A stretch of DNA of 63,390 bases, counting the filler, from Sphacelaria rigidula (taxonomy: Eukaryota), in assembly GCA_964200075.2 (NCBI GenBank). It is 9 parts of 9 records of this genome, joined end to end, with 100 filler letters (N's around TTAATTAATTAA, not from the genome) between each part and the next. Parts side by side here need not be neighbours in the genome. Positions count along the whole stretch, not along the records: positions 21,166 to 28,120 come from CAXNAA020017223.1; positions 28,221 to 35,174 come from CAXNAA020017224.1; positions 35,275 to 42,228 come from CAXNAA020017225.1; 6 more parts are not named here. One strand, given 5' to 3'. The translations under genes and the position numbers were made by a program. Every line of letters begins with the position of its first letter. The stretch's first letter is position 1. Positions 25,127 to 36,089 of this stretch are shown piece after piece. The notes beneath the pieces are model-generated. The model did not search any database. It had not been told where the DNA came from and worked only from the letters and a program-made list of their open reading frames with translations.

Positions 25127-25722
25127 CGAGCTGGGCCAGCTGACAGTGATTTGCGAATGTATCCGGGTCGGGCGGTGGGTATTCCGAGACGTTGGGCGCT
25201 GAAAATTTTACACAACATTTTTATCATCACTGTGCACACCCTTCCCGGGGATGCCAAGATAAAAGAAAAAAACAGACAGCGATTTAAAGTTTCTGCAAAA
25301 GCTAGAAAAATGCTGTAACTCGGTGAAAATGAAGAAATACGGGAGCATCCCTGGTGTAGTTGTGCGTCCTTGTGTGGAGGAGATCCCGGTGCAATTTCGG
25401 CCAAAAATTCCACAAATTTGGCGCAGCATCCAATTTTTCGTGTGGCACGGCTGCGCTCCTTTAATCCAAGGAATGCAGTTGACTCCAGTTACGGAGGTCA
25501 CGAGTTCGAATCCCGATGGATTCCTTTTTTTTTGTTCCGTGGTTTAGGTGATACATTATGCAGTACATTTTTTTCATTTTTTATTGTTCATTCAGCGGCG
25601 GTCCCGTGGGTTACCACGTTGGTCTGCAGGTCACATCGATATACTCAAGCCGGGCTGATTTGGTAAACTTGTTCAGTTATGGAGTGACATCCAAATGCGG
25701 GATCTACTGCTGGCCCAGCTCG
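25127..25722. mobile_element. 596-bp MITE with TA TSD (Tc1/mariner-like)
   Basis: TA|CGAGCTGGGCCAGC...GCTGGCCCAGCTCG|TA, a perfect 14-bp TIR. Partial relatives lie at 14634-15180 and ~52500-53007. Confidence 0.9.
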
Positions 25723-25905
25723 TACATGATGGATTGATGGATCAATGGATTGCCGCACATTAACTGATCCTCGAGAGATCAAGCCGTGGTAATTATCCAC
25801 AACATAGACGTTGCCAATGAATGACACGGAAACGCTCGCCAAAGAAATGGACCCAAAACAAAGTTGTGTATTGTATGCCCATGATGTGTGTCTACGGCGC
25901 TCCAG

Positions 25906-26545
25906 AGGATGACGAGAGCTCCGCCCGGACCTCCGCGGCAGCTGCCGATGGCGATGACATCGGCCAGATAGAAGATACGGTATTCCATGGCGTCGACGTC
26001 GACCTTGATCACAGTGGTGATTTCGATTACAGCATCGAAAACGAACGACAGCACCATAGAGCCGCTTCTTCCACCTGTAACACCAACAAAATGGAGGACG
26101 ACAGTATTAACGCTGCGGGCGAGATTATCTCGTCACCATTCCGGAGCGGCGTAACCTCTTCTTCTTCTTCTCGTCCTTCGCCGCCTATAACGTCCACGGC
26201 CTCGAGAGGGGGCTACGAGAGCTTGGCGGACTTGAGCCGTGGTCATGGTCTTGCAACGTCAGCAATATCTGCGTCATCCTCTTCCTCTCTGCGACTCCTA
26301 CCGACGCCACCTCCGCCAATGCCCGACGGTTCAACAGAATGGATGGATGCGGGCATGTGGGGCACTAGTCAAGACGAATTCGGGGTGGGAAGGCCAGGTG
26401 ATGGAGCAGCGGCGCAGGGAGAGATGGCTTCGGTTGTCCCGCCCCCACCACGAGAAAAGCAATTCAAAATGGTGAAGCAAGTTTTGGGGGATAGGGAGAG
26501 CGTGAGATTGAAGCTCGGAGAGAAACGGTATCTGGTCAGCCGTGG
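25906..26545 (+). CDS. Probable internal exon of a host gene. Low-complexity acidic/Ser-rich sequence ending in a motif that resembles the start of a DUSP domain
   Basis: Open frame (ORF 25821-26549) with a CCAG acceptor near 25905 and a strong GG|GTGAGT donor at 26546. It ends LKLGEKRYLVSRG. The domain guess is weak and I could not find the next exon. Confidence 0.55.
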
Positions 26546-26579
26546 GTGAGTAAGTGAAGGAATGAGGAAAGGAGACGGA

Positions 26580-27400
26580 GGTGTACTCATGATCATGCAT
26601 GCCATAGTCATACGACCGTTGAACTCGCAATCCTACAAAGCCGGGACGGAGCACGCTGGGTGCTCGCCGGACCAGGCTCGCACACCATCACCAAGCGTGA
26701 AGCGCCGTAGTCTGTTCGGCGTGTCGCATGAAGAGTGCTGCACTCTGCTAAGATTGTTCGGCCCGAAGCGTCCTGATTATCTTACATTTGGATGGCAGCC
26801 TATAATGTTGCTTCATTTTTTGGTATCGCCACTTCCAGAGACAGCCGCGGCTTATACACTGCCTCATGGGTGTCTCGCCATTTTAACACTACGTGGTACG
26901 ATCATCCCCACTGTGCGGAGTTGAGGTTCTCCGACGCCGCACAATATGATCTAGCTCGACTACCAAAATGGTTATCCAAAGAAAAATGCAGGTGCGCAAA
27001 ACAAAATCGGTAACCTGGTAGCCTAGCGTACGCAATGAGTGACGTGTTTTCTAGCGTCATCGCCAACCGACGCCAACCGCATAGCAGGTCCGATCCGAGA
27101 TGGGGGGGGGTGTACTCATGATCATGCATGCCATAGTCATAAGACCATTGACCTCGCATCCCTACAGAGCCGGGACGGAGCACGCCGGGTTTTCGCCGGA
27201 CCAGGCTTGCAATCCACCACCAAGCACAAAGCTCCGTGATGTGTTCGGCAAGTCCCATGAGGGGTGATCTGCGTCCTGCTGAGATTGTCCGGCCCGAAGC
27301 GTTTTGATTATCTTGCATATTGGATAGCAGCCTCGATTGAGTCGCTTCATTTTCTGGTACCACCACTTCCAGAGACGCAACGGGCTACCCTGCCTCATGA
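26580..27400 (+). repeat. Two tandem copies of G-run family A (full 26580-27080, 3'-truncated 27110-27400)
   Basis: Both begin GTGTACTCATGATCATGCATGCCATAGTCATA and are colinear for about 290 bp. Confidence 0.9.
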
Positions 27401-28664
27401 TGGAGGCAGTGGGGGCGCGCGGGAGGAGGAAGGTGTACTTATTTATTGTTTGCCTTAGTCGTGTGACCATTGACCACGCATCCCTTCCGAGACGGAGCAG
27501 GGATTTCGTGTTTTATCTGCTCTTGAAGGAGCACCGGGCCTCCTTGTAGGCCATGGTGGAGCGTCGGGCAGGAGATGTATCATCCTCTAACCCCCCCCTC
27601 CCCTACGTCTCGAAAGGGATGCGTGGTCAATGGTCAAACGACTAAGGTAAGCAACAAATGAGTACGCCCCCCCCCTATCGTAGCATGACTCGGGAGCAGT
27701 GATTTACAAAATATTAGCGGCGGACTATGCTGGGACGTCAAGCAGACAGCGGCCAGAGACTTCTGCTAGGTATTTGCCGCCGCATCGACGTCCAGGCGAC
27801 GGGCGAGGAGAATTCTTAGTCAATTAGCACGCCTCTGCAACAAGGTTGGCTGTTGACGCAGGAGGTAGGAGGTAGGGGGTAGGGGGGGTTGGGATTGCTT
27901 CGGTGAGGACATGCATGTGTAATCCAACACCGCACGTACCAGCGAAGACCAGCATTCGCGATATAGCGACACACTTTGGAACGTAGGCAGGTGAGTACTT
28001 CTGTAGGGATAGAAGACAGGGATAGGTCGATGATCTTCGAAGAAATCTTTGTGGGAAAACGGTAGGGGGGGGGGGGGGGGGGAATTTTTGGTATACTGAC
28101 ACAAACCCCGCAGAAAGAAGNNNNNNNNNNNNNNNNNNNNNNNNNNNNNNNNNNNNNNNNNNNNTTAATTAATTAANNNNNNNNNNNNNNNNNNNNNNNN
28201 NNNNNNNNNNNNNNNNNNNNGAGTAGATGTATGATTTTTTGAGAAGGGGGTGTGGGGGGTGGTGGCGGGTGGGGAAACGTGTCCGAAAATGTTATCTCGA
28301 CAGACCGTTGACTGTACCACCAAACAACTGCACAAAGACTATATTCGATGGAAATTATATACCATATCATAACGCAGCCGACAAGAAAAGAATCAGAATG
28401 CATGTACGTATAGCCTGCATGTACAAGAAGATACTTGTATTGTAGTAGCCGTGCCTTCTTTTACCTGTTGAAGCGAGGGTTCCCGTAGACTCAGGTTTTG
28501 GGCAGCCAGGCATCCCCTCCTTTCCCCCGCCGGAGGAAAGTTCAACTTTCGGGCACTAGCGATGAAGATCTGAGGAAATGCACCGGACGCTCCTTCAATT
28601 AATGTATCAACTTACGGGCACCCCCGATTGAGCATTCATGATCATTGATCACCTGATGTGTCAG

Positions 28665-31600
28665 GTGGAAAAGGATGGTGAGGCCGGCTCCTTCTTCCCT
28701 GATCTTCAGGGTGGCGACTTGGTTGTGGCAGTGGGTACCACCTGCAGGGAAGATGATAATCCCGCCGACGAGTTATTGCGACAGTTGATGACGCTACCAC
28801 GGCCTGTGACAGTGGAGTTTTACAGGCGTCCGGCCGCTCCATCGATGACGCAATCATCAGATGAATTGTCAATGGACCGTCGGAATCCCGCTGTCATCAG
28901 GTCCAGGTATTTTCCCGAGAGATGAAGTATTTGTTTTTCCAAACCAAAAGCGTGAGCAACGGTGATAGGCAACTACGTTCGTGAACATATGGTCCGCGTA
29001 TGCGTGAAAAATGATTGTTGAGACTCAAAGGGGTTAGTCTCCAGAAAACAACCGTGCAGAGGGAGTCGATTCATCGACGACTGAACAGTAAATATCCCAG
29101 AACACACCCGTGTACAGGGAGACAATTCATCGAGGAGTAAACACTATATTTCCCAACAATATCTACCAAACTAGACCAAGTCAGACCTGCACCGCGCAGC
29201 AACGACGTTTGATGCGGTGCTCTGCTGCTACTGTATTGAGACATGTTGCTCTGTTTGTTATGGCGACTTCAAAGTATAAACTCGAGAAGAACTTTGCGAT
29301 GCGATTCATTTTTGCCAGCAGCAGCAACAGCAGCAGCAGCAGGCGAGGGAGCGTTTCCACACCATCCTGTGACGATGCAGTACCAAACTCCTCCACGGAC
29401 GTGGATCTCTCCGCGACGACGAGTACTGCGGCGAACAGAGAGCGCTCTCATCACTTACGGGCACACCCCACTGCTCAAAAAGAGCAGACGGAAACACGCA
29501 AGCGAGAACTTAGCGACGAAGGAAACCGGTCGCCAGGGAAGAACGAAACGGACGACAGACGACGGACGCCGCCACAACGACGGGGTACCGTTGTCGGCGG
29601 AGACGGGTGGGAAGCGAGCCTTCGAAGTGGCGATGCGCGCATCGCTCGATACGACAAAGGGCAACGCAGTCAGGAAAGCGTAATGACGTTCCGCTCAGGG
29701 CATGATCTCGACGACAGTGGAATTACGGACTTTGCAGAACACGCTGCGCAACAGGGCAACGGTACGCAGGAAGACACGGCCGTGGACAAGGCCCTGATGG
29801 GAAGCGGAAGGGCCCATCACAACCACTTGTGTGAGCCAGGCTCTGAGTCATCGATGCGGAGATGGCTTCAGGTGTGTATACATGGGGCATGGAGAGGGGG
29901 GCACTGTTTCGACATGGCGACGACACACGTGGGCGCAGGTAGTAGCACCGCTGTGAGAAGTAGAGCACGCGGCGAGCCGCAGATATTGGTCAGTCGGCAT
30001 GCTCTCACGTGAGCTGAGAGGACCCGTTGGCTCCGAAAACAGTGTATTGTGTACCACTGTTCCCGAGTCAGTGTGATAGATGCACCCAGTGCTACATAGG
30101 AACGTCCAACAAGTTCCGAAAAAAACGATTTCAATGAATTCACATTCAACCATCGTGTTGTCGCCTGAGACCCGCAGTAATGAAAAAGTGGTTGGTAATC
30201 GGGCTTCACCGTCGTTTCGGTCCCACTGACAATCTGGCCCGCCTAGAATGTCATTGCTGACGATCACCTTCGTGTAAGTTACTGCGGTGTGTGTGGGTAT
30301 TGATATGGAATGTATAACTTCAATTAGAAGTCCACCATGGCTAGGCTAGTGGCGCGTTGTGTCACTTCTATGTTTCAGCAACAAACGGTTGGTACATTGA
30401 CCTTACTGTTGTGAAGCTAATTTTCGCTGCCCACCATTTTCGGCAACCTGGACTGTCGTTGTACGCTCGTGGATTTCGTCGCGTTGTCTTGAAAGTATTT
30501 ACCGAAGGGACTGTTCCGAAAGAACCATCACACAACGCGATTATTTGATCAGAGTACAGCCGGGTGCACGGTAAAGACAGTATCCAGTACAGCATCATAT
30601 ACATGCAAGGCAACACACAGCACGCACAAGTATTGCCTGATAGCTACGTCGGTCTTAACCTAAAATGCGTCAATGCAATGGTATATTATTCCAACGACAA
30701 AACACGTTTTTCTACTTCGTTTCACCCCCCCCCCCCCCGACACCCCCCCCCCCCTAAATCGTTTACAGGATGATACAGACGATAGCGACGATGATAATGG
30801 TGGAGTCAGCGCGCGTCACTCCTGGTATACGGCCAACCGACAAAGAGGTGGACATGCTCCTGATATCCAACACGCCAACTCAATGGCCAGGGCTGCAGCA
30901 TTGGCGAGAGTGCGAAATGCTATAAAAAAAGCCTCGCAGACAGGAGTTATGGGTGGGACGGGAGAAGACTTGCCAAGCGGCACCTCGGAGATACCTCCCA
31001 CGATTGACGGACTGCCGAGCTCAGCCAGGGCAAGGCATCACCGCTCGCCATCATGGGCCGCAGATGACAAAGAAGGCGGGAGCGGGGCGGTTGCGGATAG
31101 TTCACGGTCGATGATTGATGCCGGCGATAACGAAGCAAAGAAAACACGTGCTGCGGTCGACTACCATCATCTTCATTCACCGCCAATGCCGTCACGCTCC
31201 GCCATTGGCTCTGAATCACATTCTTCGCGGAGGGATCACATTCAGAAAGCAGCAGCAGTGCCGAAGGGAGCCGTGAGAGCCAGGCAGCATCGGTCTCCTT
31301 CTCGGAGTTTGGAAGGGGGAAGGGGGCCGAGTTTGGCGTCGGAGGTGGCAGACGCGCTGGCGATTCTTGCGACGAAGAAGACAACACACACGGCCGCAGA
31401 CGATACCCTCGCAAGCACACGCGATTGTAGAGAGAGGGTGGACAAGAGCGGAGCACGAACTACAGGTGAAGGTCACCGTGAAAAGCCTCGGAGCGGTGTT
31501 TCCGTCAAGAACATGCCGTCTTCTTTTGGTTCTTCCGAAAAAATCAACAAGGAGTCACCGTCGCCCCGTGTCAGCAGAAAGTCGTCGGCAACTATCGCCA

Positions 31601-34600
31601 CCTCCGCTGCTTCCACAGGTAAGCAAGCTCAACAGCACGTGGGGCGTGGTGGAGCAGGAGTCTCCAGGCGCTCAAACTTGAACATGCTGTCGTCTGCTGC
31701 AACCATGGGGGAAAAAAAATCCATCGACCACGAGAATGTTCCCTCTGCCCGAGATTCTCACCCTAATGTCGAGGGCAGTATTTCCTCCTTGATTCGGAAT
31801 CATGTTCCGTTTTTACGCGGATCATCGCCGACGGCCGCCGCACCCGCCTCGCCAGTGGAACCACCGGTCGTGCGTGAGCGACGGCCGAGCGTGGGTCCAG
31901 TGAACCCTCGGGCTATGTACGGGCAGGAAGCTCCACCTCTACCGGAGGCACATGTTACCACTTCCCGACGCCCTTCCTCCGTGATAATGCCGTTACCGTC
32001 ACCTCCTGACGACGGCAACGCCGCTGGGTCTTTTTCATCTACTTCCAGCACGAGGCGTTTGCCTCCACCAGGAAGAAATGCACGGATATCAGATGCGGAA
32101 TGTCGAACGGTATTGAGGAGCAGCGACGGTGACAAACGTGGCACCGGCGAGGGGGCAACGGCGACTGACAACGTCTCTGCTCAGAAGAGGGCGGCAACAA
32201 ACATCCGCGACGGCAGGGCGTCCGACAGCGTACAACGTTCAGGAAGTGACAGAAGACGAAATAGCGATGGCGACCGACGGCGGAAGATCGATGGTAATGC
32301 CAGCAGCGGCGGCCGCTCGTCGCCGTCGTCGTCTAGTGGTTTGTCGTCAACACAACAAAATATCACCCCATCGCCTGCTGCCGATGGTCTTGAGCGCGCA
32401 TCGAATCTAGACCACTTTGCTGGAGGTGATATTGGTACCGTGAGGTCAGAGCATCGTGGGGATATTGTTGACGATGTAGCCCGTCGTGGAAAGGACCAAG
32501 ACAAAAAAAAGGCCATCGACACCCGATCAGGTAGCTCAGATGCGGCGACTCCCAACAGCGGACGGTCACCACACGCGGCACATCGGCCGAAGAAATCTGG
32601 GGATACACCAAGCAAAAAAAACGTTGGTGGTGACGCTGATGTGGACGAGCCCGATGACAAGCCGCCCTCATGGGAGGATCAGCTTCGCACAATGGCAGGG
32701 GTCGCCGTCAGTCCTGGAACAGGAATAAAGCATGAGAACATTGGCATTAGCAGGGTCTCCAGCCAAAAAGAACGGCAGGTACGGCGACCTGTCGCTTGTA
32801 CGTAGTTCTTGCGAGGGGGCGATCGTCAATGTACCACGGGAGTTCATATTAATCAGCCGCATCTCCCTTCCTCTTCTCGCATGCCTTTGCTTGCTTGTTG
32901 GACTCGTAGGCTCCCTTATCATCTGAAAGCCAGCTACATATCTGCTTTGGAAATCACCTTGCGACCCTGGTACTTCCTCCGTTGGCGTAAACCGCTATTT
33001 CTGACTCTCTACCCAGATAAGCACGAGCTGTAAACAACAGTTAGTGGACACGTGATCTGGTCACCGGTAAACCTTTTGCACGCTACTCGTACCCCCCCCC
33101 CCCCCGGGGCGTCGGTTGGCAACGACGCTGTGGAAACCGCCCCCCCCGGGGTAAGCTAGGCAACGAAAGTACCNNNNNNNNNNCGGCCGTTAAACAACAT
33201 TTGTGGGCCCCGGGTTCTGGCCCCCGTTAAACTTTTTGCACCCTCCCCCCCCCCCCCCCCCCCCCCAGGGGCGTCGGTTGGCAACGACGCTGTAGAACAC
33301 GCCCCTCACGGCGTAAGCTAGGCAACGAGAGTACCGATTATTTGGCGCACTGTCGTTTTTTCGCGGTAAACTGTGACAGTGGTCGAGCTAGATCATATTG
33401 TGCGGGGTGGGAGAACTCCATTCCGCGCTAAGGGGATAATCATACTACGTAGTGTTCAAAATCGCGAGACACCCATGAGGCAGTGTGGAACCCGTAGCTA
33501 TCTCTGGAAGTGGTGATACCAGAGAATGAAGCAACTAATTGGAGGCTGTCATCCAAATGCAAGATGATCAGTAGGCTTCGGGCCGAACAATCTTAACCGG
33601 ATGCAGCACACCCTTCACGCGACTCACCGAGCACTTCACGACGCTTTGCGCTTGGTGACTGATTGCGAGCCTGGTCCGGCAAAAATCCGATGCGCTCCGT
33701 CCCGGCTATGTTGGGATGCGAGGTTAATGGTCTTATGACTACGGCATGCAAGGTCATGAGTCGCCCCCCCCCACCCCCACCCGTTTTCTCGGTTCCACCC
33801 ATCGCCTTTCCTCACGTCCCACTGTTCGTGTCCCCCTCGACTCCTTGGCTTCTTCCTCACTAATGCGGTGGCAGCGGAACCCTCGGACCTCCTCCCCCTT
33901 CTCTTCGACGAGAAACGACCCAAGTGGCGACGACGGCCCGGGCAATAACTCCGCCGACGCCAGCAACTCCGCCGACAAGCGTGCTGTCGCAGCCTCCACC
34001 CGCACGTCTCCTGGGGCAAGGGCATGGGGAAACAAGTTACGTATAGACGTCGGTCACGCACCAACCGCGGGGACAACTCGTCCGCGTCGTCAACCTCGGA
34101 CCGGACCTGGACGTACCGCCGGCAGCGGCGGCAGCGGCAGCGGCGGGAGCGGTAGTGTTGGTGCTGGACGTGCCACTCAAAGTATCACGAACAACAAGGA
34201 ACGTGCGGTTGCGGTCGCGACGGGCGAGCGTGTGCACCCTGCGCGCGATAGACGTACCGAAGGAGGAACGGCTGGAATGCTTGACAAGGACGCCGAGACG
34301 CCGATCAGGTACGCAGGCGTGTGCGCGAGTTTAGTCGTGTCTACCCTCTTTCTTGCCGAGGTTTGATTGAGCGAAATTCAAAACTTCAAAGGGAAACGTC
34401 TGTGCGCGTATGCTATTGCGATCGATATCGCGCCTCCGTACGTGCGGCCGGGCGATCTCAAAAACACATGTGCTGTCTTAGCAGACCTCCTTCTCCGGCC
34501 AGGCATGCGTCAGTTCGGCAGGCTGGTAGGTCGTGCGACACGTTTTCGAAGCGGAACATGGCGGGGGGTACTTGAGAAATAGAAGCTGCTTCTGTTCCAT

Positions 34601-34916
34601 TCTTATCCCCTCACAGTTCCCCCCACCTCCTCCGTGTCCACCTGGGCCATATCCATTTTCGTGATCTTGCCCATTCATGCACAGGTCCCGCAGCTCATCC
34701 CACGGCCCTTCCTCAGGGATACACGGGGGTGACAACACTAATCACGCCGTTCGCGACGGAATCAGTCGAAATCGCTCTGCATCTCAACGGAGAGTTGCGA
34801 GTGCAGCGGCAGCCGCGGCAGCCGCGGCGGTGGCCGTTTCCACGGCAGCGGACGGTTGGCGAAGGGGAAGGTGGGATGATACTGTAGTGGCCACCACCTC
34901 AGAGGAGGGCCGCTGA
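28665..34916 (+). CDS. 5'-truncated host gene: a PDZ-domain fragment followed by a long disordered region. Exons 28665-28900 (or 28906), 29319-29871, 30769-32778, 33875-34308, 34685-34916
   Basis: All four introns are GT..AG and the phases match (2,0,0,2), with a stop at 34914-34916. Exon 1, VEKDGEAG...LQGGDLVVAVG...DELLRQLMTLPRPVTVEFYR, fits the C-terminal half of a PDZ domain. Confidence 0.8.
33245..33780 (-). repeat. Full-length inverted copy of G-run family A inside an intron
   Basis: Its reverse complement matches 26580-27080, with C-runs at both ends. Further family starts lie at 35120-35174, 50460-50580 (minus, short form) and 56280-56336. Confidence 0.88.
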
Positions 34917-35339
34917 ACTGTGCGGCGTGTCACCTGCACCTTTTACGACGGTGTGGTTCGAACACAACCAATTTTCTGACAAAACGCCTAACATCATGTA
35001 CATGTAACAGTACACGCTTGTGACACTCATTACAGCTAGCTGCCGTGTGCTATTCATCTACAACATACCAAGCATCACAAAATCCGGGAAAGTGATGAAG
35101 GGGGGGGGGGGGGGCGGGGGGGTACTCATGATGCATGCCATAGGCATCAGACCCGCGACCACGCAGCCCGACAANNNNNNNNNNNNNNNNNNNNNNNNNN
35201 NNNNNNNNNNNNNNNNNNTTAATTAATTAANNNNNNNNNNNNNNNNNNNNNNNNNNNNNNNNNNNNNNNNNNNNCGAAATCGGCCGCGGAACAAACATTT
35301 GCGCGTAAAAATCTGTGCCTGCCGACCCCCGCCAGTTTG

Positions 35340-35960
35340 GCCAAAATTCATAATGTACTAGGCCAGTGTCGTATGCCCAGATATCCGAGGCTCTACACAG
35401 TAGATAATACGACAACGCCAAACCAATCCACTTGACGCGTTCTTCCACCGACTCCGCGCTTCTTGATCCTTTCGCATTCAAGATGTCTATCGTCCAGGGT
35501 TTCCTCACTCTCCTCTAAACCTCACCTCTCCCATGCATCCTGCCAATGCCCTTGTATATCGCGGTTAGCATACAGTGCCGGGTGGGTAATTCCCACCCCG
35601 TCAACATCTTATGAAAATACTGAATAGCCGACAAATATGATCGAACTGTTGAGCTCTGGTTCCCATGACAGAAAACCCTACTTGCCATGAACGTAGTGAG
35701 GGAGTTCACCGCGGCCAGCTCTCCGTCGTCTTCTCGTAAGAAGGCTTGCTCCCCTCGAGCTTCTCTCCACTTTACCCGCGTCTCGAATTGCCTTAGGTAG
35801 CCCTTCTTGGTACTGCTACCTACGCACGCGAGGTCTAACGTTCGTACTAGCTCTTGCTCATCGTATGAGTGACCGTGTTGTTTTCCTGGCGAGTATTGAG
35901 GGAGACAGGGAAAAGGGGCAAGAAGGTATGGTGCCAAGCGGGCGGCGAAAATGTCGATGG
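35340..35960 (-). pseudogene. Tyrosine recombinase: N-terminal SAM-like domain and first catalytic Arg motif
   Basis: SSTKKGYLRQF...GNQSSTVRSYLSAIQYFHK, followed by WIGLALSYYLLCRASDIW. The H-x-x-R and Tyr motifs lie beyond the contig. Confidence 0.85.
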
Positions 35961-36089
35961 TAGCTTTTCGTTATATTTGTCTTCGGTGATGATGGACCAC
36001 AAGTCATCGTCTAGTCGTCTTTTCGGCAGCGGTTCTTGGAGGACCACGTCGAAGAGGGTTTTTCCCCGGAGGCCGATGTCGTATTATTT

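Noticed and set aside
33085..33335. Direct duplication of the family A end
   Set aside because: It straddles a 10-N gap (33174-33183) beside homopolymer runs, so it is probably an assembly artefact.
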